A stretch of 64,000 nucleotides of DNA from Carpediemonas membranifera BICM (GCA_019828565.1 JAHDYR010000066.1:434001-498000); one strand, 5' to 3'; counted from the stretch's first letter, positions 1-9,419 are shown. Notes: generated by a model from the letters alone, not told the origin. Translations and numbers: made by a program.

Positions 1-284
1 CATTCCGACTCGACAGGCCGAGGCTCTCATGCCGGGGTCCGTGGGGGTGTCGACTCGGTCGCTCAAAGAAACAACTCCACTGCATTCGAATTAAAGGCTT
101 TCTGCTTCGCCCACCCCTGTTCTCACTTGTGGCACCGTGCTCTCACCCGGTTGAGTCTCCGCGGCTTGGCACCGGCAGATAACCTTCGGTCAGTCCGACC
201 TGCATGCATGCGCGCCATTCCTTGCCATTCGTTTGGTCCGCCGTGGTCCGGCCATGGCCGCCTGACTTGACTCCGGTCGTCAAT

Positions 285-959
285 ATGCTCGGGTTTGCAC
301 GGGACCTGTATGACTACATCACATTCAAGCCAGAGATGAGAGTATGCTTACTAGGCGAGTCAGGCAGTGGAAAGACGCTGTTCGCTTTGACGATGGCGGA
401 TTATTTTGAGCCGAAAGAGCGACTTCAGCGTCAAACGAAGCCCACTGCTGGATTGAACCACATTAGGATAGCTACAGAGACTTATCGCTTCTGTATATGG
501 GATCTTCCGGGGAATAAGGCCTTCAGGTCGATGTGGCAGCGCTACTCGAGTGACGCTCATGCGACAATCATCCTCGCCACTGCCGACTGCCCGGCCAAGG
601 ACGTCCGCACGGTGTACGACTGCCTGATGCATATCCCGGGCCGCATAGCGATTATGGTCCGCGGGTCGGCGGACCCCCTCATGACAGTGTGGGGTGACAT
701 CGCACAGACGGTGCCCCTCGTCGACCCCGCCGCCATGGTCATGACTACGGCACTGCTACCGCCCATGCGGCCAGCTGGGGGGCTTGGGGCTGTGCTGGGG
801 TCTATATCCCACTGCGGCGCCGAAACCCTCCCCCCTCCTGAGATTGAGGCGGTGAAGGGAACACTCGACGGCGTCCCTGTGATCTTAGTGGGTGTTAGTG
901 AGGGTCAGAAGCTGTGCGACGTCGGGGAGCGGGTGCTGGCCTGGCTTTCCGAGGGGTGA
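285..959 (+). CDS. Divergent ARF-family small GTPase, ARFRP1/Arl3-like
   Basis: P-loop GESGSGKT, switch I PTAGLN, and WDLPG..FRSMWQRY. The N-terminus MLGFARDLYDYITFKPE resembles ARFRP1 (MYTLLSGLYKYMFQKDE). ATG 285 is preferred over 204. Confidence 0.7.
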   Translation: MLGFARDLYDYITFKPEMRVCLLGESGSGKTLFALTMADYFEPKERLQRQTKPTAGLNHIRIATETYRFCIWDLPGNKAFRSMWQRYSSDAHATIILATADCPAKDVRTVYDCLMHIPGRIAIMVRGSADPLMTVWGDIAQTVPLVDPAAMVMTTALLPPMRPAGGLGAVLGSISHCGAETLPPPEIEAVKGTLDGVPVILVGVSEGQKLCDVGERVLAWLSEG

Positions 960-1359
960 TGGGAAGAGGGTCGTTTCTTTTGGTTTAAAGTTTTAGATGC
1001 GGTATTGGTGCCAGTAACGAGTCTAGCAAAGGGTGAGGTGGTCTGGGTCTGCGTACAGGACCAGACCTTCGCCCCGCAGATTATGTCAGAAAACAAGTAG
1101 CGTTTAGAGGGTTTATGTGGAGGATTCATGTAAAGGTGACTTAGGCTGTCGACCCCCCTGGGATGAACTCCAGAGGACTGAACAGGTTCAGTCTGACGGC
1201 CCACCTGTCGTACACCAGAAGGGTAGCGGACATGAGGGCGTCGGCGATGGTAAGAGCGACGGTTCTGGGTGGGATCTTGGTTCTCGCTCCAGCAGAAACT
1301 AGGAATGCGGCAGCTTTGGACGCGCACATTGGGATGTTGGAGCCATCCGGCCGCGGAAA

Positions 1360-1393
1360 TTTAGACTCAACAATTCTAATCCTGCGCGGCACA
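1360..1393 (+). repeat. Imperfect 34-bp direct repeat, copy 1 (upstream of Fanzor)
   Basis: TTTAGACTCAACAATTCTAATCCTGCGCGGCACA, 30/34 identical to 3737-3770. Confidence 0.85.
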
Positions 1394-1749
1394 CTACCTC
1401 CACTCACCCACTTCAGCCCTCGTCTGTACAATCGGGCTTTCGTGCTTTCAGTCGTCGGTCTGCACGAAAAGATGCGTCGTCCATCGTCTGTGTCGAACGC
1501 TGCTGTCTTCTTTCGCGTCTGTGCTCGTCTGTTACGCGCTCATCTGTCGTCCATTGCCGGCGTCTGAAGCTCATGTCGTCGTCGTCATCGTCATCTTCGT
1601 CTGTTGTGAGAGACACTAGTGGTGGAAAGCGGTTGTAGCTAGTAGTAAAGACGCTTTGTGTTGTATGATGCTGCTAGCTGATGAACCCCGAAAAGAAATG
1701 ATCGATGCATGCAGCTCAATAGACTCCAATCCCTTCCAAGATAAACACG

Positions 1750-3623
1750 GTGAAGGCTTCCGTTAACAAGGCCATTGGCGAGATTAACGGTGGAGGCGAT
1801 AACAACGCGCCGCGGCGAGGAAACCTTGAACCGGGCATGCGTTCTTTCACGCAGGCTAAGTACACATTCACTTGCCTGCTTGCGTGCGTCTCTGCATCTG
1901 CGCACGCGTTGACCCCACCGAGGACGGTCAACCTGTTCGACGAGGAGGTCCTCAAGCAGATCGTCAGCATTGCTCAGCAAAAGGTGTCGAAGGCAAAGGC
2001 AGCGGATCGGTGCAGGTGGATTGGCGACCTGGCGATGCGGAGGTACCCTGACATAACCCCACTCGTCCAGGACTTCAGGGAAGCCTACATTGGAATTGCA
2101 TTTCCATTTCAGAGCTGGTTGGGTGAGTACTCCACATCCACCCGGGTCTGGCTCTCGCGCGCGTCACACGCGTACCTGACCCGTCTTCGTGCTGGATTAG
2201 AACGGGTGCGTCTGCTCCTCCATGATCGGCCGGGTGTTCTACAGGATTTTCTCGACACCCTAGGCGAGCTCGACACTGAGGTTGCCGCCATAGCCGCCGA
2301 TCATGGCAGGTATCATCATCGCATGCATTGCCCGAGGAGCAACGGGTGGGTCGCACTGATACCGTGGCCGAGGCCCTCGTCGGCGTGCTGTCGTGCGTCA
2401 CGCGCATGAGTGCTGCAGTGACCAAGCTGGTCACACTCACTCGTGCCGTGAACCTCGAGTTCAGTCAGGCCCTGCCAGAGCCGAAGCTCGTCCCGTTCGT
2501 GCCGATGGCACCGGTCAGGCCTGGGTTCATGACCATCGATCGCGGAGTGACAGTGCTCACCCCAGCGATGAAGAGGCGCCTGCGTGAGCACGTGAATTGG
2601 TCAGCAACTAAGAACTTGACCACTGAGCAGGTTGATAGATACGAGCGTGATCACGGCGACATCACCAAGCTCCGCAGAGTGCTCTCTGTGAAGACAGACG
2701 GGGTCTCTGTTGCTGTGACGGGTTGGGTGGGTCGCGAGAAATACCGTGGCGGTCGGGTGGCTGACCGGCCCACGTACAAAAAGGGTAGCAGCAACAAGCG
2801 GGCTCGGCTCGGTCAGGATGACGCCGAGGCTACTCCTGCCCCGGACATTCAAGCTCTCATGGGCTTCGACCCTGGTGCTCGGTCGCTGGGCGGCTACACG
2901 ATCCGCCGCCCAGACGGGCAGAGTGTATCTGGCGTACTCGCTAAGTGTGGCTACACTGCCACCCCCTCTTTCCGCGTGAATATGAGCGCAGCATCGTTCA
3001 AAACGACAAGTCTAGAGGCTCTCAAACAGTCGATTAGGTTTGTCCATGAGAACATCGTTCAGATCATTAACGAGGGGACGAGAAAGTGTTTCCGCCGTGC
3101 GACTTTTTGCCAATCACTGTCTGCGCCAGAAGCACTTCGCCCGGGCTGGACGTAAACTCCTGGATGATCTCGGCGGGCGCCCCCGGAGCCCATTCAACTC
3201 GAAGTCGCGTATGGGGCTGCACTGTTTGGTTCCGCCGGCACTCCCTCCTGTGCTCCGTACCGCCACTTTGCTCGAGCTCTTCCTGGCATCATGCTCCGGC
3301 ACAACGTCGTCGTGAGTGTCACGATGGTCTCGGAATTCCGCACTTCCATCGTGTGCCCATACTGCAAAGCACACTTCAGACGTGTGGTGCACACACACCG
3401 CACCATGCTCTGCCAGAATCCCGCGTGCGAGGGAGCTCCATGGCGCGTTGAACGGCTACGTCGGCATCCCGAGCAGAGAGACATACTTCTCAATCTCTCT
3501 CACCGAAATAAGAGCGCCAGCGAGAACATCCTTTGGTGCACCTTCGATGCAACTTCAGATCAGATAGAGCAATCTCCTTTCCACTACGACTCCCAGAGAG
3601 GTGCTCTTCCTCGCTATCATTAA
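1750..3623 (+). pseudogene. Fanzor1 (eukaryotic TnpB-like RNA-guided RuvC nuclease), frameshifted in this sequence
   Basis: Motifs occur in order across ORFs 1750-2409, 2328-3155, 3040-3315 and 3291-3623: VKASVNK; FVP..MTID; SVKTDGVSV; RuvC-I MGFDPG (GAC 2868-2870); SFKT; FRR.TF...LRQK; EVAYGAALFGS..P; RuvC-II VSEFRTS (GAA 3333-3335); Zn finger CPYC...CQNPAC; RuvC-III HRNKSASENI. Reconstructed length is about 620 aa. Confidence 0.85.
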
Positions 3624-3770
3624 CTTGCTAAGTTGAGCAAGCACGCGCTGCAGCGCGCGTGATATGCAGCGCACGATTGATAGAGTATGATGAACCACAC
3701 TGCGATCCTGATGCTGCTTGGATCACTCACGTGTGTTTTGGACTCAAGTATTCTTATCCTGCGCGGCACA
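3624..3770 (+). ncRNA. Candidate Fanzor omegaRNA scaffold plus guide
   Basis: Lies immediately 3' of the Fanzor stop. Stacked stems: CTTGCT/AGCAAG (3624-3641), CACGCGC/GCGCGTG (3642-3661), and CACAC..GATCC/GGATC..GTGTG (3696-3735), followed by GACTCAA. The position matches where Fanzor/TnpB omegaRNAs are known to lie. Boundaries are inferred. Confidence 0.5.
3737..3770 (+). repeat. Imperfect 34-bp direct repeat, copy 2 (downstream of Fanzor, upstream of the MORN gene ATG)
   Basis: TTTGGACTCAAGTATTCTTATCCTGCGCGGCACA, 30/34 identical to 1360-1393. Confidence 0.85.
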
Positions 3771-3789
3771 AAACTGAAATCTCACTCAA

Positions 3790-5580
3790 ATGGCTCCAAC
3801 AAAGAGTAGGGGAGCAAAATCGAAAACAACTGTGAAGGTATTCCCAAATGGTCATCGATATCAAGGTCCGATGAAGGAGGGGAAGATGCATGGCCGCGGA
3901 TCGTACATTTGGCCTGACGGCTCGGTGTATGAGGGCAATTTCCGCAATGGGTACATGGAGGGTGTGGGGAAGAAGGTCTGGGCGACAGGCCGTGTATATC
4001 ATGGCGAGTGGAAGCACGACAAGCCGCACGGCGAGGGCGAGGGCTCGTGGCCCAGTGGCGAGAGGTACGTCGGGTCCTGGAAGGCCGGCCTCTTCGACGG
4101 TGACGGCCACCGCATCTTCTCCAACGGCGACGAGTACCGCGGCGAGTACTTCAGCGGCCGGGAAGAGGGCGGCGGCGTATTTACCGCGGCCGACGGCTGG
4201 TCGTACTCTGGCGGGTTCCACGACGGTGCCATGACCGGGCAGGGTGACATTCGCTTCCCTGACGGCCGGGTGTACACAGGGCAGTGCAAGGCGGGCAAGC
4301 TGCATGGTTTCGGGCGTCTGGAGTGGCCCGACGGGCAGTACTACGAGGGTGGCTTCATCGAGGGCGCCATGGCCGGCGAGGGGCTGCGGGTGCTGTCGAA
4401 CGGGTGCGTGTACGAGGGGGAGTTCGACGACAACCTCTTCCACGGTGAGGGCACACTCACATGGTCGAGCGGCCATCGTTACTCGGGCGGCTGGCGGTGC
4501 GGCGCCATGTCGGGCACGGGCACGCTGGTCTTCATCGACGGAACCCGTGTTACGGCGGAGTTCGACGACAACGTCATGGGCCGCTACATCACGAAGGAGT
4601 ACCCGGATGGCTCTGTCTTCGAGGGTGAGGTTCTTAATGGCCGGCCCGACGGCGAGGGCGCCTTCTCATGGCCGGACGGGAGACAGTTCGTCGGCCAGTT
4701 CCGCAACGGCATGATGCAGGGCCGAGGTGTGCTCCTCTTCGCCCTGGAGGGCGGCGTGGCCCGGTACGAGGGGCCGTTCTGGGCCAATCTCTTCCACGGG
4801 GACGACGGCGTCCTGACCCTACCGAGCGGAGACAGGTTTGAGGGCCAGTTCAGCGACGGCAACTACTGTGGCGACGGGACGTTCACGTGGCTGGCGACGG
4901 GCGTCTACCGCGGTCAGTTCAAGGCCAACCTGCTCCACGGCACGGGCGAACTTGAGCTGGCGGAGGGCCTGCACTTCTCGGGGACGTTCAGGGAGGGCCA
5001 CATGGACGGGACTGGCACGGTCGTCACTGCAGACCGCTTCCAGTACAGCGGCGAGTGGCTCAACTCCCAGCCTCATGGGCTCGGGTCCGTCATGTGGGCG
5101 ACGGGCGCCACGTACGCCGGTGTGTTGTCCAAGGGGCTGCCGCACGGCAAGGGGCGCGTGCAGTATGCAGACGGGTCCGTATACGTCGGGGCGTTCGAGG
5201 AGGGGCTGCCGCACGGCCACGGGCTGCTCACCATTGGAGACGTCCGCGTCACTGCCCTGTGGGACGGTGGCGACGTTGTCGAGAAGCTTGTGGGGCCGCC
5301 AGAGACGGGGTTCACGGGCACCATCGGGCGCGAGCGGGAGACGATCGTCACCGGCAAGGCCATCGTCCTTTACGGAGACGGGAGCCGGTACGTCGGGGAC
5401 CTGGTGGAGAACAAGCGGCACGGCGATGGGTTGTTCGTCTACCCTTGCGGGGAGACGGTTCGGGGGACGTGGGCGAACGACCTCATTGACGGCCGCATGC
5501 TCCCGGAGGAGGGGGCTGACGTGAGCAACATCGCCCGGCTGGGGCAGGACCGGAGCAGTGTGGACCTACGCGTCGGGTGA
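3790..5580 (+). CDS. MORN-repeat protein
   Basis: More than 20 tandem ~23-aa YxGxFxxGxxHGxG repeats. No kinase domain. Confidence 0.93.
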   Translation: MAPTKSRGAKSKTTVKVFPNGHRYQGPMKEGKMHGRGSYIWPDGSVYEGNFRNGYMEGVGKKVWATGRVYHGEWKHDKPHGEGEGSWPSGERYVGSWKAGLFDGDGHRIFSNGDEYRGEYFSGREEGGGVFTAADGWSYSGGFHDGAMTGQGDIRFPDGRVYTGQCKAGKLHGFGRLEWPDGQYYEGGFIEGAMAGEGLRVLSNGCVYEGEFDDNLFHGEGTLTWSSGHRYSGGWRCGAMSGTGTLVFIDGTRVTAEFDDNVMGRYITKEYPDGSVFEGEVLNGRPDGEGAFSWPDGRQFVGQFRNGMMQGRGVLLFALEGGVARYEGPFWANLFHGDDGVLTLPSGDRFEGQFSDGNYCGDGTFTWLATGVYRGQFKANLLHGTGELELAEGLHFSGTFREGHMDGTGTVVTADRFQYSGEWLNSQPHGLGSVMWATGATYAGVLSKGLPHGKGRVQYADGSVYVGAFEEGLPHGHGLLTIGDVRVTALWDGGDVVEKLVGPPETGFTGTIGRERETIVTGKAIVLYGDGSRYVGDLVENKRHGDGLFVYPCGETVRGTWANDLIDGRMLPEEGADVSNIARLGQDRSSVDLRVG

Positions 5581-5686
5581 GACGGCCGGGATCCTTCTGT
5601 AAAGTGTGTTTTTCGAGGCATCATTCTGAGCGTCCGACATTTGTCGCTCGCCACAAAGAGAACAACAAGCAACACGCATTGCCACG

Positions 5687-7120
5687 ATGGGTGGAATCGT
5701 GTCTAAGAATCCTGACACACACAGGAGGGGGTATGAAATGTCTTCGTCGTTTCCCGGGACAAACACAGACGAGGCATCACTAAGCAGCTCTGTCATCCAG
5801 TACACAGAGACGGGCAATGCAAGCCATACTGACCGGGAGCGCTTCCTGTGTAACGACGGCTACTACAAGGGCAACAGCCGAGAGGCCACGCTCCTTGACC
5901 TCCCGTCCTCCAAGCTCCGGCCGCCCATCCGGCATTGGCAGCTCGCCAGCCTCATCGGCCAGGGGGCGTTCGGGGCGGTGTACCTGGGTATGAACCAGGA
6001 CACCGGGAGCCTCATGGCGGTGAAGCAGGTGGTGTTCAATGGAGAGGAGTGCGAAGAGGTCGCCGCATTCGAGTACGAGATCGGGCTCATGCAGAACCTC
6101 AACCACCGCAACATCGTCAAGTACCTCGGTTTCGACCGGACCGAGACGACGCTCAACATCTTCATGGAATATGTTCCAGGTGGCAACTTGTCGGCCTTCG
6201 TGTCGCCCAAGAAGTTTGGGCCGCTCCAGGAGAGCCTTATCCGGATCTACACGAAGCAGATCCTGCTGGGGCTCAAATATCTGCATGACCACCAGATCAT
6301 CCACCGCGACATCAAGGGCGCTAACATCCTCGTCAGCAGCAACGGTGTCATCAAGCTGGCAGACTTCGGAGCGTCTAAGAAGCTGTCGACAATCGCCACG
6401 AAGAGGGACGACAAGGCCTCGTTGAAGGGCACGCCCTACTTCATCGCCCCCGAGGCCGTCACCGATCCCCAGCACGTCGGCCGGCAGAGCGACATATGGA
6501 GCGTCGGGTGCTGCATCATCGAGATGGCCACGGGCAAACCGCCGTACTACGATGAACACGAGAACGCGTCATTGGCCGCGGTGTTGTTCAAGATCGCGTC
6601 CCTCAAGACCGGCCCCGACCCTCCCGACTACTTCACCCCAGAGGGCAAGGCCTTCCTCAAGAAGTGCTTCCAGCTCGAACCCGCGAACAGGCCGACCGCC
6701 AAGGCTCTTCTGGCTGATGTCTGGCTGAGCGCCGTGCCAGTGCCCCACGCAGAGGATGCCCGCGCGCCGACGTCGCCACTAGCCCGAATGGCCACGTCAG
6801 ACCTACCCGCACCTGCGTTCGGCTTCCATGACGACGCGGTGCAGCTTGTGGACGACGACTCGAGCGACTCGACAATGGAGTACGTGGTCGAGTCGCTGAA
6901 TGGGACGCAGCTTGACATCACTGGGGCCAATCCAATGACCGAGCCGAGCTTCAAGGTCGACATCCAGGTCAAGTTCGACGAGGTCAGCACCCCGGCGGTG
7001 AGTGGGGCTGTGGGGGGCGACTACGTGTTTGGTGAGGGCGAAAGGTTGACTAGAAACCTGACGGCGGACATGAACGACGCCAGGTGGGCGTCGTGGGGTG
7101 AGGAGACCCACCGGGAGTGA
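5687..7120 (+). CDS. STE11/MEKK-type MAP3K (NPK1/ANP-like) Ser/Thr kinase
   Basis: IGQGAFGAVYLG, LMAVKQV, IFMEYVPGG, HRDIKGANIL, KLADFGASK, KGTPYFIAPE, SDIWSVGC. N-terminal MGGIVSK is a myristoylation-like motif. Confidence 0.93.
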   Translation: MGGIVSKNPDTHRRGYEMSSSFPGTNTDEASLSSSVIQYTETGNASHTDRERFLCNDGYYKGNSREATLLDLPSSKLRPPIRHWQLASLIGQGAFGAVYLGMNQDTGSLMAVKQVVFNGEECEEVAAFEYEIGLMQNLNHRNIVKYLGFDRTETTLNIFMEYVPGGNLSAFVSPKKFGPLQESLIRIYTKQILLGLKYLHDHQIIHRDIKGANILVSSNGVIKLADFGASKKLSTIATKRDDKASLKGTPYFIAPEAVTDPQHVGRQSDIWSVGCCIIEMATGKPPYYDEHENASLAAVLFKIASLKTGPDPPDYFTPEGKAFLKKCFQLEPANRPTAKALLADVWLSAVPVPHAEDARAPTSPLARMATSDLPAPAFGFHDDAVQLVDDDSSDSTMEYVVESLNGTQLDITGANPMTEPSFKVDIQVKFDEVSTPAVSGAVGGDYVFGEGERLTRNLTADMNDARWASWGEETHRE

Positions 7121-7226
7121 GGGCATTAGCTGTCGCTCGGCGGATCCCTCCGTGATAAATTATAGTTTATGCTGTGGTGCTTGGTGTTGTTGCCGAGTTC
7201 GACGGAATGCCCTTCAGAGGTGACTC

Positions 7227-7253
7227 ATGACTAACAGCCAGGCTGTTAGTCAT
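7227..7253. repeat. Perfect 13-bp inverted repeat with 1-nt spacer
   Basis: ATGACTAACAGCC-A-GGCTGTTAGTCAT. Confidence 0.9.
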
Positions 7254-7721
7254 TCTCTCACCGTCATGGGTGCCAGTCGACCCACCCTGCAACTAAAGCG
7301 CATCTGGATTAAGTCGGACACGCGAGGACAACTATCCTTACCAATAAACAGAGTTATTCAACGATTGCAACGACGGCGTTGACCTAATCGGGTGACCCAC
7401 CCAGACGGCAAGCTCATTGAGGTTGGACTGCATGAGTATGCTGAACGAAACCGCGTGTCAGACATGCTCTCAAACCACGACAGCTCCCATGGGTGGCAGG
7501 GGATGGTTACCGTCGGCCTGAGGGACCCGTTGCTCAACCCCACCTTCACAGGAATCCAGCGGGATCAGGGCAAATGTGTCATGGAAGTCAAGTAACCCAA
7601 TTCTACGGCTGTCACCATTGGGAGAAGCCAGCTGGGATGATTGTCGCGGCAACTATTGAGCAATCAACCATCTGATGCTGCAGTCACGCTAAAGATTTAC
7701 TACTGATACATTGGCCCCATG

Positions 7722-9419
7722 TTACACCTGGGGCACCGAGGCGGCCTCAAGGATGGTCGCCAGTCGGCGGACGGGGACGCCTTCGAGCAGCACAGTGACC
7801 TCGCCGCTCTCATGGATACCCCGCACTTTAAGGGCCACACCCATGGCGACGTCGATGGACGCATAGTCGAGCACTGCGAGTTTGACCCCTGGGACGTTCT
7901 GCTGCTTGAAGTTCCACAGCATTAGGTGGCCCTTCTCAACGCCCCACTTGCACAGGCCCTTGTCACCGTCTCCGGTCAGCAGCAGCGCCATCATCGACTC
8001 CGACGTCCCCGCCGGGTCAAGCTTGATGATCCCACCTCTTCCCACGGCCATGTCGGGCAACAGCACTGGCTCTCGGTTCCCGGCGGGCGGGGCGTGGCGG
8101 GGTGTGCTGGGCTTGGCCATCGTCAGCGGCGTCCACGTGCCCCTCGCCTCCTGAGCGGGCTCGGGCGGGACGGGGGTCTCGATTGGCGTGACTGGGGCCG
8201 CGGGGCCCTGCCTGTCCGAGGCTGAGAACAAGTCCCGTAGCCGGTGGTTCTCGGCATCGGTGTCCGCGGCGTGGGCCTGGGCCTGCTCAAGCTGGGCCGT
8301 AAGCGTCCGCACTGTCGCCTCGTAGTGCTCGACCACGTCGCTCGAGTCCGTCTGCGCCGCCCCGTCGACCCACTCCACTGGGGCGGGGCCGGGGGGAGGC
8401 TCCGTCCACATGTCCACCATGGGCGGCCGGACCAACTGTGCTTGTGCTTCTCGCAGTGAGGCCGCAGTCGACTCCAGATCTGCAGTCGCTGCTACAAGCT
8501 TGGCGCCGAGCTTGGCCTTTGTCTGCCCCAACTTGGCCTGCAGCTCCGCTACCTGTTCCCGTTGCTCGGCTGCGTCGGCTGCCGCTTCCTCTCGGACCGA
8601 CTGCAGCTGGGCCTCGAGGGCCGACAGCTTCAACTCCGCGGCGTCGGCCCGCTCCTGTAGTGATCCGGCCAGCGTCTCTGCCCGCACGGCCCTGGCCTGT
8701 AGCTCTGACGCTGTCTGCTCGGTCTCCTTCAGCTTGGCCTCCTGGTCGCTGGCCCTCGTGGAGGCCCGTCTCGCCTCTGCCTCGAGGTCAGCAACCCGAC
8801 TCTCGCTCTTCCGCAGCTTCTCAGTGAGCTTAGCACTGTCCTGTTGGGCCTTTGTCGCGACCTCACTGACAGTTGCCAGCTCCGCCTTCAGGCCATCCAC
8901 AAACTCATGGGCCGCCGTCAAATCTGCCTCAGAGTCGCCAATCGCCGTCTCTAGCTCCATTATGCGCTGATCTTGGGCATTAATATGTCTTTCCGCTGCA
9001 GCCAGCTTGTCTCTGGCCTCGAGTCGGAAGTCGATGCGGGCCTCCGCGGGCGACCGGTCAGTTGGGGGTTGGGCTGTCCTGCGGCCGGGCGACATGCCCT
9101 CGCTATTGCAGATGGGAATGTCGCCCATGGCGAGGATGGACTCAAGGATGGCCGAGGCCGAGTCCTCGGATTGGTACGTGTAGGCCACATTCGAGGCGAC
9201 GATCGTGAAGACACTCGGGTCTGTATCACTCAGTTCTATGTGTGAGATGCTCTCTAGGCGATGCCTAAGACACAACCGAGCGTCTCTGATGCTGTGCGAC
9301 ACAATTTGGTTAATCTCGGGGTGAAGCTCAAGGTTCCAGAGATACTGCTTCCCCCGAGAGATTCTTTGGACGGAAAACGACTGTATGTGCGGTGAATAGC
9401 CGTGCGGTCGTTCCCCCAT
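7722..9419 (-). CDS. Hypothetical protein with long central coiled coil
   Basis: 565-aa ORF with host-like codon bias and an E/A/Q/L heptad-rich centre. Confidence 0.75.
   Translation of the reverse strand: MGERPHGYSPHIQSFSVQRISRGKQYLWNLELHPEINQIVSHSIRDARLCLRHRLESISHIELSDTDPSVFTIVASNVAYTYQSEDSASAILESILAMGDIPICNSEGMSPGRRTAQPPTDRSPAEARIDFRLEARDKLAAAERHINAQDQRIMELETAIGDSEADLTAAHEFVDGLKAELATVSEVATKAQQDSAKLTEKLRKSESRVADLEAEARRASTRASDQEAKLKETEQTASELQARAVRAETLAGSLQERADAAELKLSALEAQLQSVREEAAADAAEQREQVAELQAKLGQTKAKLGAKLVAATADLESTAASLREAQAQLVRPPMVDMWTEPPPGPAPVEWVDGAAQTDSSDVVEHYEATVRTLTAQLEQAQAHAADTDAENHRLRDLFSASDRQGPAAPVTPIETPVPPEPAQEARGTWTPLTMAKPSTPRHAPPAGNREPVLLPDMAVGRGGIIKLDPAGTSESMMALLLTGDGDKGLCKWGVEKGHLMLWNFKQQNVPGVKLAVLDYASIDVAMGVALKVRGIHESGEVTVLLEGVPVRRLATILEAASVPQV

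Noticed and set aside
1681-1750. Stop-codon reassignment or readthrough at the Fanzor 5' end
   Set aside because: TAA, TAG and TGA all terminate conserved genes in this window, so decay or sequence error is simpler.
1394-3736. Terminal inverted repeats or a transposase for the Fanzor element
   Set aside because: No convincing TIR pair and no DDE, HUH, serine or tyrosine recombinase motifs were found by eye.
3687-3777. Box C/D snoRNA (ATGATGA 3687, CTGA 3708 and 3774)
   Set aside because: The terminal stem is weak and I recognise no rRNA-complementary guide. The omegaRNA reading fits the context better, though a snoRNA is not fully excluded.
3790-5580. CRISPR-like or DNA tandem array next to the RuvC gene
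   Set aside because: The periodicity is protein-level MORN repeats, with no identical DNA repeats or spacers.
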